Of a stretch of 33,366 nt of DNA, positions 10,306 to 17,367 are shown piece after piece. Numbering within the stretch: the first letter of the stretch is position 1; the number at the start of each line of letters is the position of its first letter. Source of the stretch: a virus (lineage: Duplodnaviria; Caudoviricetes); the IMG/VR virus record IMGVR_UViG_3300037854_000076, positions 1 through 33,366 of that record; one strand, 5' to 3'. The notes under the pieces are model-generated. The model was not told the origin of the DNA. It did no database searches and saw nothing but the letters and a program-made list of their open reading frames with translations. The position numbers and the translations under genes are program-made.

Positions 10306-10572
10306 TTAGAATTGGATGTTTTCGAGGATCTGTTGAATGATGTCGATCACCCAGCCGGGCAATAGCCCCAGCGTATTTAGGATCGGGAGGATCACCACGA
10401 GGGCACCCACGATCTGACCGGTCAGCTCAGTCTTATCGACCTTGCCCTTTTCCCCACCATCGGCAGGATCAGTACTGTTCACGTGGTCTTTGATACCACC
10501 GATAAAGGGAATTTCCCGCACGATCCCGCGTAGGAACTTCCCCACTTTTGTTTCTTTGAAAGGCTTTTTCAT
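10306..10572 (-). CDS. Small membrane protein, holin-like (88 aa from MKKPFKETK)
   Basis: Basic N-terminus and hydrophobic C-terminal segment; next to endolysin; the longer ORF-track start runs through a repeat. Confidence 0.6.
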   Translation of the reverse strand: MKKPFKETKVGKFLRGIVREIPFIGGIKDHVNSTDPADGGEKGKVDKTELTGQIVGALVVILPILNTLGLLPGWVIDIIQQILENIQF

Positions 10573-10578
10573 CTTTTT

Positions 10579-10663
10579 CGTCATTGCAAGCGGAGCGAAG
10601 CAATCTCCTAATTGATAAATTACAAGCGAGGAGACTGCTTCGTCGTACCTCCTCGCAGTGACG
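10579..10663. repeat. CGTC-tagged palindromic element, full (85 bp)
   Basis: CGTCATTGCAAG...CTCGCAGTGACG; reverse complement matches 20136-20220 at 83/85. Confidence 0.92.
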
Positions 10664-10666
10664 CGA

Positions 10667-10694
10667 ACATCGTACATCCGACACCGGACATCTC
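10667..10694. repeat. Degenerate heptamer tandem (ACATCCG-type) x4
   Basis: ACATCGT ACATCCG ACACCGG ACATCTC. Confidence 0.65.
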
Positions 10695-11046
10695 AATAAG
10701 TCCACACCACATTCTGTGGCAGCAATGGATCTATATCTAAATGCACATAGGTCTTCCCTATACCGATTCGGTTAATTCCAAGCCTCAAAGCTTCCCTAAC
10801 GATGTAATATTTTTCCCGTCCGCTTTTAGCAGCAATATCCACGGCATATCCTCTCAAGTGAGCTGAGTTTGCACTTCCGCCCACTTTTTCATTATGCTCT
10901 TTGGTGCGAAAGCCGCTATTGATCTTCAGCGGAAACTGCAAGCGGTCCTGAAGCTGATCCACGATAGACAGCAGCATCTCATTCATGAGTTGCCCGGTAT
11001 CCGGATCATCAGGCGAGGCAAAGTCGCTAGGCTTGAAATGCTTCAT
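10693..11046 (-). CDS. Endolysin, peptidase M15 family (117 aa)
   Basis: SGFR..HN..VGG...SAHLRGYAVDI and VHLD zinc-binding motifs. Confidence 0.9.
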   Translation of the reverse strand: MKHFKPSDFASPDDPDTGQLMNEMLLSIVDQLQDRLQFPLKINSGFRTKEHNEKVGGSANSAHLRGYAVDIAAKSGREKYYIVREALRLGINRIGIGKTYVHLDIDPLLPQNVVWTY

Positions 11047-11297
11047 GGCTTCGGAGGTTTGGAACCTGGATTGATATTGTGATGATCCTGCTCGCGCTGC
11101 TTGCGGCGTTCATCGAGTTTTTTGAGATAAGCAGTCACTTTGTAGCCAATCAAGGCACCGACTGCGGCGATGGTGCAGGAGGAAATGAGGCGAACCAGTT
11201 CGTTGAAGATGATGTCGCTCAGCTCATAGCTGGCGATGAAACTGCCGATCGAGGCTAACGCTGTGCCTACCTTTCCTCCTATATCATTGGTGCTCAT
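11043..11297 (-). CDS. Putative holin (84 aa)
   Basis: Two hydrophobic segments and a charged C-terminus; ATGA overlap with endolysin. Confidence 0.65.
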   Translation of the reverse strand: MSTNDIGGKVGTALASIGSFIASYELSDIIFNELVRLISSCTIAAVGALIGYKVTAYLKKLDERRKQREQDHHNINPGSKPPKP

Positions 11298-11300
11298 CTA

Positions 11301-11660
11301 TCAATGCACGACTCGGGTTCTGCGGATAATATCTGCTATCGGCACCCGGATCTCATCACTCGGAGCGAGACTGGTATCCATCCGTGCACCGGGATCAGCG
11401 GAGACTTCAGGTCCTTTCTTGACCTTTTCCGTGTGATCCTTGACCGTATAGGTACCGTCCTTTTGCTTGACTAGCGTCACCCAGTCCATACCCAGGTCTT
11501 TGGCCAGCTCGATCAGACCTTTCGTGTCCTCGATGAGTACCAGTGCATCATTGATTTTGGCTACCCATTGCTCAGGAGCTGAGGTTACCAGGGATTTACA
11601 GCCCGTGATCGAAAAGGTCACATAGAGGGCTAGAAATAGGGATAGAAATAATTTTTTCAT
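11301..11660 (-). CDS. Lipoprotein (119 aa from MKKLFL), possible spanin-like lysis accessory
   Basis: Signal peptide with lipobox ITGC; first gene of the lysis cluster. Confidence 0.6.
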   Translation of the reverse strand: MKKLFLSLFLALYVTFSITGCKSLVTSAPEQWVAKINDALVLIEDTKGLIELAKDLGMDWVTLVKQKDGTYTVKDHTEKVKKGPEVSADPGARMDTSLAPSDEIRVPIADIIRRTRVVH

Positions 11661-11677
11661 GGCTTTGTTGATTTTTG

Positions 11678-11768
11678 CGTCATTGCGAGGAGGCACGACG
11701 AAGCAATCTCCTCGGTGTATACATGTTGTTAATGAGACTGCCACGCTCCTTCGTCGCTCGCAGTGACG
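11678..11768. repeat. CGTC-tagged palindromic element, full (91 bp)
   Basis: CGTCATTGCGAGGAGGCACGACGAAGCAATCTC...GAGACTGCCACGCTCCTTCGTCGCTCGCAGTGACG. Confidence 0.9.
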
Positions 11769-11798
11769 TCTCCTTTTGACGGGTAACCTGGCATAAAT

Positions 11799-11820
11799 GG
11801 GGGAAGCCTTAGCCTCCCCC
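11799..11820 (-). terminator. GC-rich hairpin after the capsid gene (weak terminator or mRNA stabiliser)
   Basis: GGGGGAGGC-TAAG-GCTTCCCCC followed by ATTTAT on -; poor U tract. Confidence 0.5.
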
Positions 11821-11860
11821 TGGTTGAAAAAAATCAACCGCCAGAATCAAAAAGGTGGGA

Positions 11861-12958
11861 TTAAGATCCCGCAGCTTGCACGATCGCAACTACACCCGCG
11901 GTGCGTCGGATTCGTCCGCCAGCTCTAAGCAAGGCAGAGTACACATCTCCATAGTACTCAGGCTTACCCAAGTCCTCAAAGAACTTCACCTCTCCCAAAG
12001 CACGCTCCACCGCATTCTGCTGCCACACCAAAGCTGCTGCATTGTCAGTGGTAGCTCCTGCTGCTCCTGGTGCTTTGATCACCGGAGTAGCGGCATTGGT
12101 GAATGTCAAGACAGAAGAACGCTCCATGATATTCACCCCGTAGAGCTTCATCACGACTCCTTCTTTCAGATTGAGCTCGCCACCATTGGCACCGTCTCTT
12201 TTCTTCAAGTCATCGTCATCCATAAGCTGCGCATACATCTCCGAATCCAGGATACAGTATCTGCCATCCTTCGGGATGTTGTTCTTATTCATATAAGTCA
12301 CAGCAGCCTTGATATCATCCTTCAAGAGCTTTTTTCTGTTGCCGGTCGCAGAGGTGGTGTGTGCCAATACATCTCCACCAGTGGTTCGGACAATATGGCC
12401 AGTCACTTGATCGGTTCCGTTGGAAGCCAAACTGGTAAACCAGTCATACAGCATCCAGTCTCCTACAGTCTCAAATAGCGTCTCGTAGTGCTCAGTGATC
12501 ACAGACTGTCGCTTGTCATAGGACAGCTCCACAGTATCCGCATCCGGGATCAAGGTAGGATCAGAGGTGTATTCCGCCAGTGCATAGGTTACATCAGAAT
12601 CAGTCCGCTTCGCGATAGCCGCTGGAAGAGATGTTCTGTTCTTAGTCACACTTGGCTTGGCCCCTGCATTCGGAATGTGTACCACCTTACCGGCAAGCAC
12701 GTATTGATCACCGTTGAAGGCGTAGTTTAGAAAAGGGTTTGCCTTGAAGAGGTTCGACACGATGGAGTCTTGCCAGATCTCCACCTGGATAGCCATCAAA
12801 GGCATTGCTTTAGGCGCATAGTGAGAAAGTGCCAATCCACCGGCGAAGACAGTCCCCGCGGTAGCAACGGCATTCAATCCAAAAGCAGATCCAGCCATGC
12901 CAATCAGCAAGGCCATCACGACATTAAACAGCAAGGCTGTTACATTCAGGTTTTTCAT
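11861..12958 (-). CDS. Major capsid protein with hydrophobic N-terminal extension (365 aa)
   Basis: Follows the protease; EIW..SI..NLF, VHIP, SYDKRQS and IP.DGRY.ILD motifs typical of HK97-fold capsids. Confidence 0.88.
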   Translation of the reverse strand: MKNLNVTALLFNVVMALLIGMAGSAFGLNAVATAGTVFAGGLALSHYAPKAMPLMAIQVEIWQDSIVSNLFKANPFLNYAFNGDQYVLAGKVVHIPNAGAKPSVTKNRTSLPAAIAKRTDSDVTYALAEYTSDPTLIPDADTVELSYDKRQSVITEHYETLFETVGDWMLYDWFTSLASNGTDQVTGHIVRTTGGDVLAHTTSATGNRKKLLKDDIKAAVTYMNKNNIPKDGRYCILDSEMYAQLMDDDDLKKRDGANGGELNLKEGVVMKLYGVNIMERSSVLTFTNAATPVIKAPGAAGATTDNAAALVWQQNAVERALGEVKFFEDLGKPEYYGDVYSALLRAGGRIRRTAGVVAIVQAAGS

Positions 12959-12997
12959 GGTATTAGTGGTAGTTAGTTGGTTTAGTTTTGTTTTTTG

Positions 12998-13055
12998 CCC
13001 CTCCCGGCCTCCCCTGGAGGGGAGGAGGAGTCCCCCTTCAGGGGGATTTAGGGGG
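12998..13055. repeat. C/G-run double-hairpin element
   Basis: CCTCCCCT-GG-AGGGGAGG and TCCCCCT-TC-AGGGGGA, enclosed by CCCCT/AGGGG. Confidence 0.75.
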
Positions 13056-13066
13056 TAGGATGATTT

Positions 13067-14113
13067 TTACAGCTTCGGCTCTTTCCCGAATTTCTCCTGA
13101 AACTTCTGCTTGAAAAGCTCCACGTTCTCAGACTTCAAAGTCACCAAGAGGCCCTTCTTGTCCAGCTCATCATAGGAAAGTGTCGTGTAGTCCACGCCGC
13201 CTTTTCCGCTTTTGCCTGCTTCTTCAGCCATAGACTTGAATCCCTTCTTATTGTCCAGGATAGTCTTCACGGTGTCAAAATTGGACTTGGCCAATTCCAC
13301 ATACTGAGCTCTCTCAGCCGGAGTGATCTTCTTCTCAGCTACAGCTGCATCGACGAGGGCTTCAGCTCGCTCATTCTGATGCTTGAGCTCAATCGACTGA
13401 ACCTTTTGGTTCAGTGCATCGATGGTCTTGACATGGTTTTCATTGTCAGCCTTTAGCTGGACTACCTTGTCAGCATTCTCATTGGCCTCTTTTACCAGGG
13501 TAGAGATTGCCTTGGCAATCTGCTCCTCATTGGCTCCTTCGGCCAGTTGAATTGTCTTGTGGCCAGACAAGGCCAATTGAATCAGTTTCATACTGGTATT
13601 TGGTTTGGTTGGAAATAGTGTAGTTGGATCAAAGGTTGAATCCTCTCCAAGTGTGATCACTTGGGTTTTATCACCTTTATGATGTAGTCTGATGGCTACA
13701 GCATCAATATCAGCGGGAATATCTACCACAGAGACTTCCTCAAGTACCCATTCAGTGACCGTGGGATATTTTTGCCCTGGTAGCATTACAGCAGGATTTT
13801 CAGAAGTGGCAATGACCTCAGCACCAATACTGACAGCATTGAGCATCCCTTTTTCCCATTTCTTCTCAATAGATACTGCAAAATCATCGTCTTGGTCAAA
13901 CTCAAGCTCACCAACAATTTGCTCACCGGATAGACGTACATCATGCAGCTTTCCGATTGGCATCAGTTTGGGATTATCATAGTTTGGTCTTCGGTGTGCG
14001 TATAGGATCACCGGGTTTTTAGCATATTGGCTCAAGTCTCCGCCACTGGTAAGCATTCTAAATCCGTAGCGATTTACTTTGTTGGATGAGACTACTACTG
14101 GGTGTTTTTTCAT
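13067..14113 (-). CDS. Prohead maturation protease with C-terminal scaffold domain (348 aa)
   Basis: NPVILYAH, PIGK, AVSIG and EVSVVDIPAD motifs; helical C-terminal half. Confidence 0.9.
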   Translation of the reverse strand: MKKHPVVVSSNKVNRYGFRMLTSGGDLSQYAKNPVILYAHRRPNYDNPKLMPIGKLHDVRLSGEQIVGELEFDQDDDFAVSIEKKWEKGMLNAVSIGAEVIATSENPAVMLPGQKYPTVTEWVLEEVSVVDIPADIDAVAIRLHHKGDKTQVITLGEDSTFDPTTLFPTKPNTSMKLIQLALSGHKTIQLAEGANEEQIAKAISTLVKEANENADKVVQLKADNENHVKTIDALNQKVQSIELKHQNERAEALVDAAVAEKKITPAERAQYVELAKSNFDTVKTILDNKKGFKSMAEEAGKSGKGGVDYTTLSYDELDKKGLLVTLKSENVELFKQKFQEKFGKEPKL

Positions 14114-14189
14114 AGGAGTTTTAGAAAAGGTGCCGGTCTTTTCCCGGCTGTCACCAGGACCTCTTTGTCCTGGACTCTCTGGAGTATTG

Positions 14190-14258
14190 TAGCAGGGGCC
14201 GGATTCGAACCGACAAGACTGAGGTTATGAGCCTCGGCGGGTGCCATACCTCCCTGCA
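14190..14258 (-). tRNA. tRNA-Met(CAT)-like gene or pseudogene with reduced D-arm (69 nt)
   Basis: Acceptor TGCAGGG/CCCTGCT+A; anticodon arm CGAGG-CTCATAA-CCTCA; T arm GTCGG-TTCGAAT-CCGGC. Confidence 0.7.
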
Positions 14259-14266
14259 TGTGTACT

Positions 14267-14311
14267 CACTTGTGGTGAGCTTGTCGAACACTTGTGGTGA
14301 GCTTGTCGAAC
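14267..14311. repeat. Perfect 22-bp tandem duplication
   Basis: CACTTGTGGTGAGCTTGTCGAA x2. Confidence 0.9.
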
Positions 14312-14342
14312 CAAAAGTGAAGCGGTTTTTTTCCCTTTGCAA
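14312..14342 (-). promoter_or_regulatory. Putative late promoter for the head/tail operon
   Basis: TTG-N20-CACTTTTG on -, a variant of the Bacteroidota TTG...TAnnTTTG consensus. Confidence 0.5.
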
Positions 14343-14353
14343 GCCCTAAAAAG

Positions 14354-14381
14354 AAGGGTTACGACAATCATCGTAACCCTT
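14354..14381. promoter_or_regulatory. Operator-like inverted repeat
   Basis: AAGGGTTACGA-N6-TCGTAACCCTT with perfect 11-bp arms; extra half-site TCGTAATCCTT at 14392-14402. Confidence 0.65.
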
Positions 14382-14413
14382 ACTAGTTTTTTCGTAATCC
14401 TTCTTTTTTCACC

Positions 14414-14444
14414 TTGTTTTGCCCCATGAATCCCACCACTTTTG
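14414..14444 (+). promoter_or_regulatory. Putative late promoter for the packaging operon
   Basis: TTG-N20-CACTTTTG on +, mirroring the - promoter. Confidence 0.5.
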
Positions 14445-14464
14445 AATCAACCAACGGAAATCCC

Positions 14465-14899
14465 ATGCCCAATTCCATCCCTTTGAAAAAGCGAAAAGTA
14501 CTTGCAGAAGAGTACTTCTTTGCGGGCAAATCACAGATCGAAATTGCCGAACTCCTCGACACACCTGCCAATACCATCAACCGATGGGTAGCGGAAGGTG
14601 ACTGGAAAAAGCTCCGAGATGCCAAGACCATCACCCGAGACAAGCTGGTGTCTAATATGATCTCTCAGATCGTAGCCATGGAGGATCTGGCCAAGCAAGA
14701 AAACCGTATCCTAAATGCCAAGGAGACGGATAGCATCAATAAACTCGCATCCGCTATTGAGAAGCTGGATAAGAAGGTCAATATCTCGGTCTATATCCAG
14801 GTCTTCAAAGAGTTTAATGAATACCTGTTAAAGGAGGATTTAGAACTCGCTAAACAGGTGACTCGATTCCAAACAGCATTCATCCACTCCAAGGCATGA
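14465..14899 (+). CDS. Terminase small subunit, HTH (DUF1804-like), 144 aa from MPNSIP
   Basis: SQIEIAELL..PANTINRWV..GDW HTH; ATGA-coupled to TerL; start uncertain (14426 possible). Confidence 0.8.
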   Translation: MPNSIPLKKRKVLAEEYFFAGKSQIEIAELLDTPANTINRWVAEGDWKKLRDAKTITRDKLVSNMISQIVAMEDLAKQENRILNAKETDSINKLASAIEKLDKKVNISVYIQVFKEFNEYLLKEDLELAKQVTRFQTAFIHSKA

Positions 14900-16500
14900 A
14901 ACAGAAGACCCTAACAGTCGCAGAGAAGCGATCCCAGCAGGACTGGCAGGAGCATGTCAAAATGGTCCAATCCTACACCAAGGAGACGGTAGTCCTTACG
15001 GAAGGAGAAAAGACCAAACTGATCAAGCGGCTGCAAGATGACTACGAATACTTTGTGGGCTATATTTTTCCCCACTATGCCAAGTCCAAGTGTGCTCCCT
15101 ATCACCTTTCCTTTGCTGCCAAAGTCAAGAAGCACCGGAATCTAAGAGCCCAGTACCGAGTATTCCGGGGCGGTGCCAAGTCGGTTCATGCAGATATCTT
15201 CCTGCCCATGTGGCTGAATATTCAGCCTGAGAAAGGATATAATACCATGGTCCTGGTAGGTGCAAATAATGATGCTGCGGATAATCTCCTCGGTGACTTG
15301 CAGGCCGAATACCAGTACAATGCCCGATTCATTCAGCTGTTCGGAGAGCGGTACCAGCTCGGCACTTGGGAAGAGGGGAATTTCACCACTTCAGACGGAT
15401 GTGCACACTTCGCGCTGGGTATTGGGCAAAAGCCCCGTGGTCTGAGAAAAGGAGCTTTCCGGCCTGATCTCATTGTGATCGATGACGTGGATGATGATCA
15501 GATGGTGCAGAATGAAGCACGCGTGGATAAGCTGGTCAACTGGATCATCCGCTCACTCATCCCTACCATGGACAAGGGACAGGGACGCGTCATCCAGGCT
15601 AATAACCTCATCCATGAGAAGTCGGTGACAGCCAAGCTGGCGCAAAAGTGGATGGAGTCAAAGGAGAAGATCAAGGAGCTCCAAAAGCGAACCGGCAAAA
15701 AGCTTCAAGGCGACAAGCTGGAGTACTACATTCTTGATGTACCAATCCGAGACGCAAATGGTAAGTCCAACTGGCCGGCAAAGTTAAGCGATGATGATAT
15801 AATTCAGATCGAGATAGACGCAGGGTACGCGGGCTTTGAGTCGGAGTATATGAATAATCCGATCACCGAAGGCAAGCACTTTCTCAAGGAATGGTTTCAA
15901 TATGACAAGCTCCCACCGGTCTCCTCTCTCCAATACCTGATCGCCTACCTCGATGGAGGTTTCAAAAATAAGATGACTTCTGATTCCAAGGCTTTACTCC
16001 TTGTCGGACTAAAAGATAGCAAGTACTATCTGTACAAGGCCTACTGTGGCAGGGCTTCCCGGGTGGAGATGGTGGATTGGCACTATGATCTCTATCGATG
16101 GCTTCAGGCTCACAATGCCCAAGCAGCCTGGTATATGGAGGAGGTCTTTCTCCTGGATCTATTGTATGAGGACTTTGGAGCCGGTGCCAAAAAGCACGGT
16201 TTCCCGATACCACTATCTGGTGACACTCGAAAGAAGCCGGACAAGGATCTGCGGATCACTTCCCTTCAGGGGATCTTCCAGCGGGGCAATGTGATCTTCA
16301 ACCGGGCCGAGCAGGAAAGCCACCACATGAAAAATCTGGAAGCCCAGTTCCTGGCATTCGAGCCGCCCAAAAAGACGCTGAAGGATGGACCGGATGCCTT
16401 TGAGGGTGCAGTGCATTTGCTGAATGGCATGGTGGTCAGTTCCCAGCCGCCTATCATCGGTCGCATAGAAGACAGTCGTAACCGATCCTGGAGAATGTAG
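14896..16500 (+). CDS. terL: Terminase large subunit (534 aa)
   Basis: FRGGAKS Walker A; RPDLIVIDDVDD Walker B; FESEYMNNP; YLDG and DGPDA nuclease motifs. Confidence 0.95.
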   Translation: MKQKTLTVAEKRSQQDWQEHVKMVQSYTKETVVLTEGEKTKLIKRLQDDYEYFVGYIFPHYAKSKCAPYHLSFAAKVKKHRNLRAQYRVFRGGAKSVHADIFLPMWLNIQPEKGYNTMVLVGANNDAADNLLGDLQAEYQYNARFIQLFGERYQLGTWEEGNFTTSDGCAHFALGIGQKPRGLRKGAFRPDLIVIDDVDDDQMVQNEARVDKLVNWIIRSLIPTMDKGQGRVIQANNLIHEKSVTAKLAQKWMESKEKIKELQKRTGKKLQGDKLEYYILDVPIRDANGKSNWPAKLSDDDIIQIEIDAGYAGFESEYMNNPITEGKHFLKEWFQYDKLPPVSSLQYLIAYLDGGFKNKMTSDSKALLLVGLKDSKYYLYKAYCGRASRVEMVDWHYDLYRWLQAHNAQAAWYMEEVFLLDLLYEDFGAGAKKHGFPIPLSGDTRKKPDKDLRITSLQGIFQRGNVIFNRAEQESHHMKNLEAQFLAFEPPKKTLKDGPDAFEGAVHLLNGMVVSSQPPIIGRIEDSRNRSWRM

Positions 16501-16502
16501 CT

Positions 16503-16631
16503 ATGAAAGATCCATGGATTCCAGACAATAGCAAGCATAAGGTATCATTCAAGCTACCCCTTCGCAAAACAGCCCTAAAGGAGCTCTGGCAAAAAATCAA
16601 AAAGGCTGTGGAGTCAATCACCAGCTCGTAA
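16503..16631 (+). CDS. Small basic hypothetical protein (42 aa, MKDPWIPD...)
   Basis: ATG 2 nt after the TerL stop; fills the gap; below the ORF-track cutoff. Confidence 0.5.
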   Translation: MKDPWIPDNSKHKVSFKLPLRKTALKELWQKIKKAVESITSS

Positions 16632-16653
16632 ATCGTACCTCCTAAACCGTAAT
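16626..16653. repeat. Degenerate heptamer tandem (TCGTAAA-type) x4
   Basis: TCGTAAA TCGTACC TCCTAAA CCGTAAT. Confidence 0.55.
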
Positions 16654-16657
16654 CAAA

Positions 16658-17233
16658 ATGTTCCTACATCCCCAAGACTACAAGCCATACATTCGAGCAG
16701 AGATCAAAGAAGACATTCTTCTCGATCAGACCGAGATCATCAGACAGGTCGAGCAGGCTGCACAAGCCCAGATGGAGTCCTATCTATCCGGTCGATACGA
16801 TACCAGTAAGATCTTCATCCCGGTCCTGACCTGGAATGATGAGACTAATTACAGCGCAGGAGCCTACGTCTATGCCGAAAATGAAGCAGGCACCGGACTA
16901 GTCTTCAAAGCAAGCGTCAATGTCACTGCCGGCAGCGGCAACCCATGGGACAATATCGAAGACCCTACACCTGCTAATATTGTCTGGGAGATCGAAGATC
17001 CCCGCAATCCGGTGATAGTCCTCAAGATGATCTATATGACCTTGTACCACGGACACAAGGCCCTGCCAGGCAACCGCATTCCTCAACTGCGAATCGATGA
17101 TTATTCAGACGCAATCCGCTGGCTCGAAAAGATCGCAGAGGGCAAAATCAATCCCATCCTGCCAGAGGCTGTAGTGGAAGGGGAAGGCATAGCCTCCTGG
17201 GGATCGGAAACCCGCCGCAATACCCGGTGGTAA
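16658..17233 (+). CDS. Mu gp36-like (DUF1320) head-tail adaptor with internal insertion (191 aa)
   Basis: SYLSGRYD..KIF, then RNPVIV...TLYH...RIDDYSDAIRWLEKIAEGK. Confidence 0.85.
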   Translation: MFLHPQDYKPYIRAEIKEDILLDQTEIIRQVEQAAQAQMESYLSGRYDTSKIFIPVLTWNDETNYSAGAYVYAENEAGTGLVFKASVNVTAGSGNPWDNIEDPTPANIVWEIEDPRNPVIVLKMIYMTLYHGHKALPGNRIPQLRIDDYSDAIRWLEKIAEGKINPILPEAVVEGEGIASWGSETRRNTRW

Positions 17234-17257
17234 CGTCATCGCGAACGCACTCGCCCC

Positions 17258-17277
17258 GGTTCGTGTCTTCACGAACC
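17258..17277. repeat. REP-like hairpin
   Basis: GGTTCGTG-TCTT-CACGAACC; preceded by a possible CGTC remnant at 17234-17249. Confidence 0.55.
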
Positions 17278-17367
17278 TGAATACAAAAGATATCAGCTCG
17301 TTTAACGGGTGTTTAAAACCCCTAGCAGACGAGATCATATAAAAACAGTACCATAACTCATTTTAAC

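Noticed and set aside
10573-10677. N-terminal extension of ORF 10306..10677
   Set aside because: It is a translation of the CGTC repeat; MKKPFK at 10572 is the more plausible start.
11661-11837. N-terminal extension of ORF 11301..11837
   Set aside because: It runs through a repeat and a hairpin; the signal peptide begins at 11660.
14190-14258. tRNA fragment as an attachment site
   Set aside because: It lies mid-prophage, no site-specific integrase is in the window, and the element integrates by transposition.
14267-14311. CRISPR-like direct repeat
   Set aside because: Two adjacent copies with no spacer and no cas genes.
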